A DNA stretch of 64,000 bases from a virus (lineage: Duplodnaviria > Caudoviricetes), in IMG/VR virus record IMGVR_UViG_3300029288_000168, positions 5,394-69,393 of that record. One strand, 5' to 3'. Shown here piece after piece: positions 10,432 through 20,160 of the stretch. The notes under the pieces were generated by a model. The model was not told the origin of the DNA. It worked only from the letters and a program-made list of their open reading frames with translations, and ran no database searches. How positions within the stretch are numbered: position 1 is the stretch's first letter; every line of letters starts with the position of its first letter. Position numbers and translations under genes: made by a program.

Positions 10432-10679
10432 TGGGTACAAATGGTGTACGAGGAGACCAATTAATGAAACTTTCTTTGGAAACTGTAATACACAATATTG
10501 TATATAGTACTATAGATGCTTGGATAAAACGATGTCCAGATAAGCGCTTAGAAGATTATAGCAATTGGTGCGACGATATTGTAAGCAATGTAGTAGCATA
10601 CGTTAATAAGGAAAAGGGTAAAAACGCAGTTAACAAAACAAAGGAGGGAAGTGAAGATGTTGATCGGCATGCTGTTTAG
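10425..10679 (+). CDS. Hypothetical protein
   Basis: 84-aa ORF in the operon; start uncertain. Confidence 0.5.
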   Translation: MLMGTNGVRGDQLMKLSLETVIHNIVYSTIDAWIKRCPDKRLEDYSNWCDDIVSNVVAYVNKEKGKNAVNKTKEGSEDVDRHAV

Positions 10680-10782
10680 TGGTTATTTTTGGATTGGCGC
10701 GGCATTAGGATGCTTGCTTATGTACATATTCCAGCCGTTGGTAAAGTCGATGTTGGATAAGTTGTTTAAGCACAACGACTAA
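10657..10782 (+). CDS. Small membrane protein (41 aa, MLIGMLFSGYFWIGAALG...)
   Basis: Found by hand below the ORF-track cutoff; GGAGGG SD; single TM. Confidence 0.55.
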   Translation: MLIGMLFSGYFWIGAALGCLLMYIFQPLVKSMLDKLFKHND

Positions 10783-10842
10783 CATATGCGTGGGAATGGG
10801 CGTTGGTTTGTGCCGACGCCCGTCCCTACTAAAGGAGATACG

Positions 10843-11520
10843 ATGCGGAAAAAGGGATTTACTGGGATTGAAATTATCTTGTTAGTAGCTGTTATAGGTG
10901 TACTCGGGTGGTTTGCTGGTCCTTTTATTGGTAAGGGAATAAATAATATTGTTGGAGGTGCAAACAATCAGCAGAAACAAACCTATGAGGTAACAGAACA
11001 ATATTCTATGTTTTACCAAGACCCTGTAACTGGTAAGTTCAGACCAGCTCCAGTACCATATAAGCGCTCAGAGAAGTCCCTGAACTACACTACAATCCAA
11101 CCACCAGAGACTCTTTGGCAGAAGTTTTGGAAGATGGGTGCCACGGCTGTGGTAATTATAGTAGTGTTATCTTATTTGGGCTTATGGCCAGTTATTACCC
11201 TTTGGTGGAATAAAAAGATAAAGCCAAAGATAGAGGCTACCCAAGCACAACTTGAAGCTGAGCAATGTGAAAAGGAAGAACTTACAACTGAAGCTAAACG
11301 TATTGTAGTTAGTGTAGACGCTGGTTTAAAGTCGCTTAACGGAGCATCTTCAAAGGCAATGGATCTTGCCAATGCAGCCACTGATCCCAATATAAAGGCT
11401 ACTCAGTTGGCGGTTGCACAGGCTCTGATGTCAGCAAAGTCTACATTTATGACAGAAATGTCTAAATACCAGGATCAGTCTACAAAGGATAAGGTTAAGG
11501 AGCTGTTAAAGAACGACTAA
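10843..11520 (+). CDS. Membrane protein with type IV prepilin-like N-terminus and C-terminal coiled coil
   Basis: AAGGAG SD then MRKKG/FTGIEIILLVAVIGVL (G|F-x3-E class III signal); second TM; start moved from 10786. Confidence 0.65.
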   Translation: MRKKGFTGIEIILLVAVIGVLGWFAGPFIGKGINNIVGGANNQQKQTYEVTEQYSMFYQDPVTGKFRPAPVPYKRSEKSLNYTTIQPPETLWQKFWKMGATAVVIIVVLSYLGLWPVITLWWNKKIKPKIEATQAQLEAEQCEKEELTTEAKRIVVSVDAGLKSLNGASSKAMDLANAATDPNIKATQLAVAQALMSAKSTFMTEMSKYQDQSTKDKVKELLKND

Positions 11521-11557
11521 TTTGGTTATCCGTTGATCTGTAACTAGGGAGGAAAAC

Positions 11558-11728
11558 TTGAAAGTATATATCAATTCTAAAGACTGCAATGAGAACACGC
11601 CCCGCCAGATTGTAGAAGCAAAACTAATAAAAGTACAGGATCATACTATCATTGTGCAACTACCGGACGGGTCTGTCATTTCTAGGAAGAAGAAGCGTGA
11701 CATTCCAGAGGGGGAGCCAATCAAATGA
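11558..11728 (+). CDS. Small hypothetical protein (56 aa)
   Basis: GGAGG SD, TTG start, ATGA overlap with the next gene. Confidence 0.5.
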   Translation: MKVYINSKDCNENTPRQIVEAKLIKVQDHTIIVQLPDGSVISRKKKRDIPEGEPIK

Positions 11729-12843
11729 TCTCTATGTTTTCTAATACGCTTGGCAAAGAAGAATTAGAGGCTGTTGACCGTGTATTCCAGTCGCGTTGGA
11801 TTGGTCCTGGCAAAGAAAACAGTCTGTTTGAAAAAGAGCTTGGTGAGAAGGTAGGTACTGATAAGGTACTGTCGTTGAGTTCTTGTACTGCTGGGCTCTT
11901 TATGTCCATGAAGGTATTAGGTATTGGTAGGGGCGATGAAGTAATAATACCTACAGTGCATTTTATCGGAGCTGTTAATGCTATTGTCGAGTGCGGAGCT
12001 GTGCCAGTCTTTGCTGATGTAGATTCTTGTACCCTTAATGTTTTACCATCAGAGATAAAGAGGCTACGTACTAATAAAACTAAGGCAGTTTTTCTATTAC
12101 ATTATGGCGGTCACCCTTGCAATATGGGCGCCATATATGCAGAGTCAAAAGGGTTGCATTTGATTGAAGATGGAGCTAATTCGCCATTTTCTAAATATAA
12201 AGGTACAAACTGCGGTTTGTTGGGTGATATAGGCATTTACAGCTTTGATGCTATGAAAATACTATGTGTTGGTGGTGGCGGTGCTATGGTATTTAAATCG
12301 GAGGAATATTATAATAGGGCAAAAGAATATAGATACTTTGGACTTAAGAACAAAAAGCAAACCGGCATAGATTCGTTCAAGGAAAATAAAGACAGATGGT
12401 GGGAAATAGAGTTAGCTTGTACTTCTAATAAATCTACGCAAACTGATATATTGTCTGCTGTAGCTAGGGTACAATTAAGGAAAGTAGACGACTTTATTAG
12501 AAGGAGAAAGGTTATTTGGGGCGAATACCAAGGGGGGTTGAGAAACTTGGACTGGTTGAGTATTCCTCCAGAGCCATTATTGGATACTACAAGTTCCTAT
12601 TATATGTATTGGGTAAATGCTGGCAAGTACAGGGATACATTGGCACGGCATTTAGTGGATAATGGTATCTATTGTACTTTTAGATATTACCCGTTGCACC
12701 TTATTAAATACTTTAATTCTAACACAAGCCTGCCAAACGCAGAGCTAATAAATGAAACTGTCCTTAATATTCCGTTGCATCAAAATCTAACAAGCGATGA
12801 TGTGGGAAAGATAATAGACACTATAAGGAGGTTTAAGTGTTAA
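11725..12843 (+). CDS. DegT/DnrJ/EryC1/StrS NDP-sugar aminotransferase (Lys type)
   Basis: SSCTAGL, LHYGGHP, IEDGAN, SFDAMK (PLP lysine). Confidence 0.92.
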   Translation: MISMFSNTLGKEELEAVDRVFQSRWIGPGKENSLFEKELGEKVGTDKVLSLSSCTAGLFMSMKVLGIGRGDEVIIPTVHFIGAVNAIVECGAVPVFADVDSCTLNVLPSEIKRLRTNKTKAVFLLHYGGHPCNMGAIYAESKGLHLIEDGANSPFSKYKGTNCGLLGDIGIYSFDAMKILCVGGGGAMVFKSEEYYNRAKEYRYFGLKNKKQTGIDSFKENKDRWWEIELACTSNKSTQTDILSAVARVQLRKVDDFIRRRKVIWGEYQGGLRNLDWLSIPPEPLLDTTSSYYMYWVNAGKYRDTLARHLVDNGIYCTFRYYPLHLIKYFNSNTSLPNAELINETVLNIPLHQNLTSDDVGKIIDTIRRFKC

Positions 12844-13772
12844 CCAAGGAGACTGGCATACAGTTCTTGTTATTTGAAGGGGCAAGCGCTAAGTTGGATG
12901 GTCTTAATATAGCCAGAGGATGGCAGAAGCTTGGGTATAATGTGCATTGGTGGTTTCCTAGGTTGGGCAGAGGCAATTTGCTTGAACGTCCTGAATATGT
13001 GTTTACTGTTAAGCCCAGGGAAGACGATTTATTACTTAAGTTTAAGAGCCAAGGTGCAAAGATAGTACAGATTTTGGAAGATGAAACACTGGTACCAGAT
13101 CGTAGGAAGATTTACGACTTTCTGGTGTCGTCTTCCTACGGGTGGAAGGCATCGGCTGCGTTAGACTATCCAAACATCCCGTGTTATTTGGTTAGGGACG
13201 AGCAAGATTACTATACTACTAAAGTGCACACCCCAGACTCTTTTAGGATAGTAACTGCTGGTCATATGGAGAACTTAAAATGTCATTTTAATATCTTACC
13301 TATATTGGGGCAGAGATATTTGGATGTTACTATAGTTAGTAATTGGATAGATAGGGACGTCTTTCCATATGCAAACTTTGAGAAATGGGTGCCAAAGTTT
13401 GATTATTTTGATGAACAACATGATACTATAATGACGGAACAATTTAAAAAATACGACGTTGCTGTAGTTACCCAGTATGCAAGCAGGCTTTCTCGTAATT
13501 CTAGCAGGCTTAGAACCTTTATTTATGCTGGGTTGCCTGTTGTAGCAATAGACAGTGAAAACCACCGCGACTTATGGTTGAATGGTGAAGACGTTAAAGT
13601 TTCTTTAGTCAAAAAAGAAACAGATTGGTTAGACCATTTAAAGGCGTTAGAAGATTACAAAGTACGCCAAGAAATAGCCGATTATAACTATGAGAAAGTT
13701 AAGAAGTGGGGTGGCATAGAGCAGGCAGCTCTAACTTTTGTTAAAGCCATAGAGCAGTACGAGGGCAGATGA
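12837..13772 (+). CDS. Putative GT-B glycosyltransferase
   Basis: RLRTFIYAGLPVVA motif; paralogue of the next gene. Confidence 0.6.
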   Translation: MLTKETGIQFLLFEGASAKLDGLNIARGWQKLGYNVHWWFPRLGRGNLLERPEYVFTVKPREDDLLLKFKSQGAKIVQILEDETLVPDRRKIYDFLVSSSYGWKASAALDYPNIPCYLVRDEQDYYTTKVHTPDSFRIVTAGHMENLKCHFNILPILGQRYLDVTIVSNWIDRDVFPYANFEKWVPKFDYFDEQHDTIMTEQFKKYDVAVVTQYASRLSRNSSRLRTFIYAGLPVVAIDSENHRDLWLNGEDVKVSLVKKETDWLDHLKALEDYKVRQEIADYNYEKVKKWGGIEQAALTFVKAIEQYEGR

Positions 13773-14713
13773 AGATACAGTTTTTATTGTTATCTGATGG
13801 AGTAAGTCACAAGATTTTAGGGATAAATGTAGTTAGAGGGTTGCAACAACTTGGCATTGAAGCTGATTATTATTTCCCTAGTAGGGGCAGTGGCAGATTG
13901 ATGGAAAACCCTGATTATGTGTTTGTTTTGAAACCAAATAGTATCCACGTAGAACTAATTAAAAGCTTTGGCAACAGTACCGTTTGTTTAATTGTAAATG
14001 ATCAGATGGTGTCAAACGACATACTTCCATATATAGACTTTTATGTTTCTCCGTCTATAAACTGGCAAACAAGGCATTCTCCGTGCTATTTAGTTAAAGA
14101 AGAATTCGATTACTATACAGCTAAGGTGCATACACCAAATTCTTTTAAACTGGTTTTTACTGGGTACAAAGAAAACTTGATTACATACCTTGCACCAGTT
14201 ATTGATATCATAACTGAAAAATATACAGATTTGACCATAGTAAGCAACTTTACTAAAGAGGACGTAGTTGCTGATAATAAGTTACTTCCTGAATCCTTTT
14301 ATAAATGTACTTTAAAAAGGTTTAACCCGAGTATATGGGATGATGTTTTATCTGATGTATATGGCAGGGGTGTAATAGAGCAGTTTAAAGAGTACGATGT
14401 AGGTATAAAGGTGCAACCAATTGAGAAGTCTCAACGGACATCTAATGGTATAAAAATATTTATGTATGCTGGTCTTCCAGTCGTTGCTTCTTATAATGAA
14501 AATAATGCTAATTTGTGGTTTAATAAAGCTGGTGAGCGCGTGTGTCTTGTTTACGATCCATCAATGTGGATTAAACATTTAGATTATTTAAGGGATTATA
14601 AAACAAGGCAACAAATAGTTGATGAAAACTTTGAACTAATAAAGAAGAATGCAGGAGTAATTGAGTCTGCAGAGAGTTTTTTGGAGGCTATTAACTTGTA
14701 TGAGCATCGTTAA
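13769..14713 (+). CDS. Putative GT-B glycosyltransferase (tandem paralogue)
   Basis: Shares FPxxGxGxLxExPxYVFxxKP, YYTxKVHTPxSF and YAGLPVVA with the upstream gene. Confidence 0.6.
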   Translation: MKIQFLLLSDGVSHKILGINVVRGLQQLGIEADYYFPSRGSGRLMENPDYVFVLKPNSIHVELIKSFGNSTVCLIVNDQMVSNDILPYIDFYVSPSINWQTRHSPCYLVKEEFDYYTAKVHTPNSFKLVFTGYKENLITYLAPVIDIITEKYTDLTIVSNFTKEDVVADNKLLPESFYKCTLKRFNPSIWDDVLSDVYGRGVIEQFKEYDVGIKVQPIEKSQRTSNGIKIFMYAGLPVVASYNENNANLWFNKAGERVCLVYDPSMWIKHLDYLRDYKTRQQIVDENFELIKKNAGVIESAESFLEAINLYEHR

Positions 14714-15326
14714 GGGTAGAACAAATATTTTGAATCACCTAATAAAGAAGAATAACTATAATAATTATTTGGAGATAGGTATTGGATGTAATACTAACTT
14801 TAATAATATTGATATTTTTAATAAGACTGGGGTAGATCCAGTATACGATTGTAACTATAAGATGACTAGTGATAGGTTTTTTGAGATATTACTACCAGAA
14901 ATCAAATATGATATTGTGTTCATAGATGGACTTCACTACGCTGAACAATTACTTAAAGATATTGTTAATTCAATTAATAATTTAAAAGAGGGCGGTACAA
15001 TAGTATGTCATGATTGTAATCCATTGGTGGAGGAGCACCAACAAAGGCGACCTCATCCTATAGTCGGACAAACTGCTTGGACTGGGGATTGTTGGAAAGC
15101 GATATGGATAATTAAACACCATTTGCCTTGTATTGCAGATTATTGGACGGTAGATTGTGATTGGGGATGTTGCATCCTTAAACCTTCGGTTTTGAAGGCA
15201 GATAAGTTCAATGAACCCGATGTTATGAGTATGATTGGTAGTTTATCTTTTGTAGATTTGGATAATAATAGGAAAGATGTGCTTAACTTAATTTCCTTGC
15301 AGGAGTTTTATGAAAATTTTAATTAA
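14700..15326 (+). CDS. Class I SAM methyltransferase (Methyltransf_24-like)
   Basis: YLEIGIG, DIVFIDGLH, IVCHDCNP. Confidence 0.8.
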   Translation: MSIVKGRTNILNHLIKKNNYNNYLEIGIGCNTNFNNIDIFNKTGVDPVYDCNYKMTSDRFFEILLPEIKYDIVFIDGLHYAEQLLKDIVNSINNLKEGGTIVCHDCNPLVEEHQQRRPHPIVGQTAWTGDCWKAIWIIKHHLPCIADYWTVDCDWGCCILKPSVLKADKFNEPDVMSMIGSLSFVDLDNNRKDVLNLISLQEFYENFN

Positions 15327-16287
15327 AGCCCACGGTGCTACGTATGCTCTGCTAGATAATATGTGTAATTGTAACCACGTTGGTGGGTACTGGAACTTCT
15401 TGCACTATAATTGTTTTAAGCAATTGGGATATGAGGTAGCTTTTTATGGATCAACGGAAGTTCTCCCAAAGATAGTAAACAACCATGTTGGGTTTGATAT
15501 ACTGTTTTGTCGAGGGTATAACGGTATAAGATACGAACACGATTTCTTGGTTGAAGGTTTAAAGACGTTTAGAGGCAAGAAGATACTATATTTGGAGGGA
15601 GGAGACGAAAATGACATTGGTCAGTACTTTGATGTTGTTTTGGTGCCGGAGTTAGGAAAAGATGTTGACAAATGGAAAGCTCGGTACCCTCAAAAAGATA
15701 TTAGGTTGGCTACGTGGCCTGCAGCCGAAGTTTCCTTTATGGATGCCAACGTTGATAGTCCTTATCCAGATGATAAGTTTAGGATTATTTATACTGGGAT
15801 ATTTACCCAACGCTTTTTGGATGATATGATTAAATTGGCTAATTTGGGTGAGTATATAGTGTTGGGTGGGATATACTATGATGGTAAACAATGCAGGGGG
15901 TTTACGAAGGAGGAGAGGACAAACTTACCAACTAACATACAAGTCATTTCTGATAATGGTATATTTAATTACGGGGTTCATTTTCCCTACTTAAGGCACG
16001 CTGACTTAGCTCTTGGTTTTTATGCTTATTCGTTTGAAGGATCGTTGAGTTCTAAGTTAATTGAATATTTAAACTTTGGACTGCCAGTTGTCTGTGAGGA
16101 TACTGTACCAAACAGGAACAGAGTAAAGCAATATGATGCTGGTACTATTGTTAAATGGGGCAACTTTGAAGATTTATATGCTGGAATACAAAAGGAGAAG
16201 GAAATGAGACGCAATAAGGGAGATATTATGACTAAAGCTAGGGCAGTACACGATCCGATGGCAATTAGCAGGGGGATACTTTTATGA
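15310..16287 (+). CDS. GT-B (GT4-like) glycosyltransferase
   Basis: IIYTG, SSKLIEYLNFGLPVV. Confidence 0.75.
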   Translation: MKILIKAHGATYALLDNMCNCNHVGGYWNFLHYNCFKQLGYEVAFYGSTEVLPKIVNNHVGFDILFCRGYNGIRYEHDFLVEGLKTFRGKKILYLEGGDENDIGQYFDVVLVPELGKDVDKWKARYPQKDIRLATWPAAEVSFMDANVDSPYPDDKFRIIYTGIFTQRFLDDMIKLANLGEYIVLGGIYYDGKQCRGFTKEERTNLPTNIQVISDNGIFNYGVHFPYLRHADLALGFYAYSFEGSLSSKLIEYLNFGLPVVCEDTVPNRNRVKQYDAGTIVKWGNFEDLYAGIQKEKEMRRNKGDIMTKARAVHDPMAISRGILL

Positions 16288-17903
16288 ACGATTTGACAAA
16301 TGAACTTACAGTTTTTGTAATAACAACATCTGGTGAGCCAAACTATAATGACTGTGTTGGGGCATTGCAACGCCAGACTGTAAAGTTTAAGATGGATATT
16401 ATAAAGGACTACACGCCGCTATCTAAAGCCTTTCAAGAAATGCTTAACAGGTGTACGACCAAATATTACATCGAAGTAGATTCTGACATGATATTAGACA
16501 ATGATGCAATAGAAAAACTATATAGAAGAGCCTCTACTGCAGATCCAAAGCATCCTATGCTTTGTTTTCAGTTGTTGGACGTTCATCTTAATTTTAAGAT
16601 TTATGGAGTAAAGATATATCGCTTTGATGTTTTTAAAAACTACCCGTACAACTTACAACATCCGTCTTGTGAGGTCGAACAGATGGATAGGTTGCGTGCA
16701 AACGGGTATGACATGGATAACGTTTGCATTGAGGAAGTGGTTGGGAAGCACAGTCCGAACTGGACTAACGAGTCCATTTTTGAGAGATATTATAACCTAA
16801 TGGAGAAGTTTAAGTTGTTTAGGTATGTGTGGTTGGAGAAGTTGCCGGGTATGTTAATGGATATATACCACGCTAACCCAACTCCGCTTAACTTCTATGC
16901 TGTTGCTGGCATGTTATCTAGTGTTTATTCTGATAAAACAATGGAAGAGGAAAAAGACATTTGTATAAAGCGCAAAGACTTTAAGCGCGTGGAGGGATAT
17001 TTGGAACGACCGCACCAAGCAACTGTATATATGACTAGTAACTGTAATTTTAAGTGCGGGTTTTGTTACCGCCAACACGATCAAGTAGAGAAGGCTCCAG
17101 ATTTTACTGTAGCACTGGCTAACCAACTGCTGTGTAGGTTTCCTACAATAAAAGGGGTATGTATATGTGGGTTTGGGGAGCCGTTGCTAAGCCCAAATTT
17201 GGTACCAGTACTGCAAACTTTGAAGTCAGCTAATAAGACTGTTGGTCTTATTACCAACGGATCGATGCTTACTGAAAAATTGAATACTTTAGTCGGGTGG
17301 TTTAGCCCAGACTACATATCTGTAAGTTTAAACGCCCATTGTAAGGAGTTGCACCAGAAGACTACTGGTACAGATACTTGGGATAAGGTATTGGATGGTA
17401 TAAGGGTGTTGGCTGGGTCTAAGATACCTTGTTATGTAAGCTCTGTAATGACAACTGAAAATCTACAATACCTTCCTCAATTTTTAAGGTTGGTAAGATC
17501 TTTGGGCGTGCAGACAGTTCATTTGCACAATTTGTTGCCACATTTTAGGGATGATGAAGATCCAGAATTTTGGAGATTGGTATTGACAGAAGAACATCAA
17601 GCACGCATAGACGAATTAAAGAAAATGCCAGATGCTATTGTAGTAAAGAAGTGGCCTACTGTAATAAATAAAAGTGGCGGTAAACAGACTTGTAAGTTTC
17701 CGTGGTATATGATTGGGGTCAACGGAAAAGGGTCTATAAGCATTTGTAACTCAGTGTATCCGTGCAGCGCGGAGAAGTTTGGAAGTCTTAACGATTTGGT
17801 AGTATGGAATAGTGCAAAGTTGCAGAAGTTCAGGGAAGACTTTGTAAACAAGCAAATAGGTGCGTGCAAAAAGTGTTTTAGAAACTGTGATTGGGGGATG
17901 TAA
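16284..17903 (+). CDS. GT2-like glycosyltransferase fused to a radical SAM/SPASM domain
   Basis: N-terminal YYIEVDSD (DxD); CNFKCGFC; GFGEPLL; ITNGS; Cys-rich C-terminus CKFPW..CNS..CKKCFRNC. Confidence 0.85.
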   Translation: MNDLTNELTVFVITTSGEPNYNDCVGALQRQTVKFKMDIIKDYTPLSKAFQEMLNRCTTKYYIEVDSDMILDNDAIEKLYRRASTADPKHPMLCFQLLDVHLNFKIYGVKIYRFDVFKNYPYNLQHPSCEVEQMDRLRANGYDMDNVCIEEVVGKHSPNWTNESIFERYYNLMEKFKLFRYVWLEKLPGMLMDIYHANPTPLNFYAVAGMLSSVYSDKTMEEEKDICIKRKDFKRVEGYLERPHQATVYMTSNCNFKCGFCYRQHDQVEKAPDFTVALANQLLCRFPTIKGVCICGFGEPLLSPNLVPVLQTLKSANKTVGLITNGSMLTEKLNTLVGWFSPDYISVSLNAHCKELHQKTTGTDTWDKVLDGIRVLAGSKIPCYVSSVMTTENLQYLPQFLRLVRSLGVQTVHLHNLLPHFRDDEDPEFWRLVLTEEHQARIDELKKMPDAIVVKKWPTVINKSGGKQTCKFPWYMIGVNGKGSISICNSVYPCSAEKFGSLNDLVVWNSAKLQKFREDFVNKQIGACKKCFRNCDWGM

Positions 17904-17919
17904 CTACAAGGAGGATACA

Positions 17920-18477
17920 ATGAATTTTTGGGCGAGGGATATTAACAAACATCCTGAAGAACGCAGGGTTGCAATAAAAATGGCATTGGATAATTTATAT
18001 GGCATCAAGCCTTTTACGCTTGTAGACCTGTGTTGTGGTATTGGGGATTCTATTGTGTATTTATCTGATATTTTCCCAAAAGCAATGTTTACTGGTGTGG
18101 ACACATACGACTACAGGAAAGATGCGTACGGGGAGCAAAAACAAAAGTGCTGGGAAGAAAAAGATAACTTACACTTTGTATTGTACTCCATGCAGGATTA
18201 TATAAACTTGAACCTTGATTTTGATGTTTGTACTCTATTAAACTGTTATAGGAACTTCCCTGCAGATACTGCCAGTGTAGAGGGGAAAGCACATCAATTA
18301 AAGGTGCGTGATGAGTTGCATGCTTGGTTGCATAAACATGTTAATTATTTTATAACTTCTTTAAATGAACGCAGGGACGATGCACATTTGCCATTTAAAT
18401 ATAAAGTTATAGGATCAGATACTGAACCCAAGTATCCGTTAATATTGTGCAATACAAAAGAACTGAAGAATGTATAA
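17920..18477 (+). CDS. Class I SAM methyltransferase
   Basis: LVDLCCGIG, FTGVD; AAGGAGG SD gives start 17920. Confidence 0.75.
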   Translation: MNFWARDINKHPEERRVAIKMALDNLYGIKPFTLVDLCCGIGDSIVYLSDIFPKAMFTGVDTYDYRKDAYGEQKQKCWEEKDNLHFVLYSMQDYINLNLDFDVCTLLNCYRNFPADTASVEGKAHQLKVRDELHAWLHKHVNYFITSLNERRDDAHLPFKYKVIGSDTEPKYPLILCNTKELKNV

Positions 18478-19450
18478 CGTAAAAATATACAATTCTATGT
18501 TTGAAAAGCATTACTTCTGGTATACCAGAAGATGCTTAACATCTATGCGCGATGCTGGTGCTATAAAATTGGAGGTTCTAAGCGGATCTAAGTTTGAGAA
18601 GCACGATCATGCTTATGAATTAATGTTTATTGACGACTATCCAGTATTTGTCGACTTAAGGGATGATTTTACAATAGATAAGAACTTATTTGCAATTTGT
18701 GATGATTTTCTATTGTTGAAATCTAACTTTAGTTCGGAACTTTGGGATATGGCACAGCGCAGCCAGTATCCGGATGGTGTAGAATATACTTTGGATGAGG
18801 ATGAATTAAAGTATAGGAGTTGCATTAGACCCTTTGTGTTAGGTAGGACGTTTACAAACGACGTACAAGACGAATTCGAGTTTGCTAAGTATATTAAACC
18901 TGTAAAACATAAAGTTGTGTCTGCTTCTGGGGTAGGTATATTGAGTTTGCAATCTCAGACTAGGCTTAAGGTGTATGATTTGTTTGATAAAATACTTGGA
19001 GAAAAATCTAAGTTAATATACTTTGACAGAGATCACTTTGCTCAAAGGGAATACGTACCAAACTTAGATTATTATTTGAAGAAATATGTGTCTGATTGCC
19101 AACTAAACGGGTTTGATAACTATGTAGGTTTCTTGTCTACTGGTGAGTATTCTATAAACTTTCCAGGTATAGCATTAAGTACGCCGTTTAGGTTTGTTGA
19201 TGGTGTAATTTCAAATAGGTGTTGTATTTCTACTAAAATTTGGCATGATATCTACGCAAGTTTTCCGTGCGTACAACTGCCTATATGTGGATATTTAGGT
19301 ACTGGGGATTGGGTTAAAGCAGAGGAAATTCTAAGAGATTTGGATAAGGTGGATTATACAGGCGTGTTACAACAATCCAAAGAGTGGTATAATAAATACT
19401 TGTCTGCTAGTGGTATGTGGGAAAACCAATTTTTAAAATATTTAGATTAA
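18470..19450 (+). CDS. Hypothetical protein, possibly glycosyltransferase-related
   Basis: 326-aa ORF in the sugar operon; SINFPG..TPFRFVDG resembles GT-B/exostosin-like C-termini. Confidence 0.5.
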   Translation: MYNVKIYNSMFEKHYFWYTRRCLTSMRDAGAIKLEVLSGSKFEKHDHAYELMFIDDYPVFVDLRDDFTIDKNLFAICDDFLLLKSNFSSELWDMAQRSQYPDGVEYTLDEDELKYRSCIRPFVLGRTFTNDVQDEFEFAKYIKPVKHKVVSASGVGILSLQSQTRLKVYDLFDKILGEKSKLIYFDRDHFAQREYVPNLDYYLKKYVSDCQLNGFDNYVGFLSTGEYSINFPGIALSTPFRFVDGVISNRCCISTKIWHDIYASFPCVQLPICGYLGTGDWVKAEEILRDLDKVDYTGVLQQSKEWYNKYLSASGMWENQFLKYLD

Positions 19451-19474
19451 ATTATATGAAAGGAGCACAACGTT

Positions 19475-20152
19475 TTGGATATGGAAAATATAAAAGGGTA
19501 CTTTAATCATTATAGGATAGAGTTGGAAATAAAGCGACTGCCATCAGATGTTTATGGGTTGTCTTACAGACCAAGTGTGGAACCTGTTTGGCAAGATGAC
19601 GCAGATTATTATGCAGAATGGGGATCGAAAGATTGTGTGTACGAGATACAAGATGTAGATAGAGGGTTTATTATGGAGTTTTTAAGTAAGCACAAGAACC
19701 AATTTAGAACAATAGTAGAAATTGGTGTGTGTAGACGTAACTTAGAAACTTCTTGGACTAAATATTTTATAGAACTGAAGCATCTAGACTGCTTTTATAT
19801 AGGAGTAGACGCTAATGATAAATCCTTTCTAAATAACGTCCAAAACAAAGTTTATACTATTAAGGCTTGGTCTAGTGAATTGGATGGGGTTTTGCAATTT
19901 ATTGAGAAAACAACTGGTCGAAAGAAGATTGATTTGTTATTTGTTGATGGAAATCATAGCATACAAGCAACTTACAACGATTTTAGGTATGTACAATATT
20001 TGTCAGACGGCGGAGTTGTCTTGTTCCACGATGTGTCGGTTCACCCTGCAGGACTTGTCTTTGACGCGATAGATGACAAGCTATTCAGGAAAGAAAAGAT
20101 GTTTTTACACCATCCACAAAGTTCTGGGGTAGGCATAGCATATAAAAGATAG
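19475..20152 (+). CDS. Class I SAM methyltransferase (Methyltransf_24-like)
   Basis: IVEIGV, IDLLFVDGNH, VLFHD. Confidence 0.8.
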   Translation: MDMENIKGYFNHYRIELEIKRLPSDVYGLSYRPSVEPVWQDDADYYAEWGSKDCVYEIQDVDRGFIMEFLSKHKNQFRTIVEIGVCRRNLETSWTKYFIELKHLDCFYIGVDANDKSFLNNVQNKVYTIKAWSSELDGVLQFIEKTTGRKKIDLLFVDGNHSIQATYNDFRYVQYLSDGGVVLFHDVSVHPAGLVFDAIDDKLFRKEKMFLHHPQSSGVGIAYKR

Positions 20153-20160
20153 GAGAAAGC

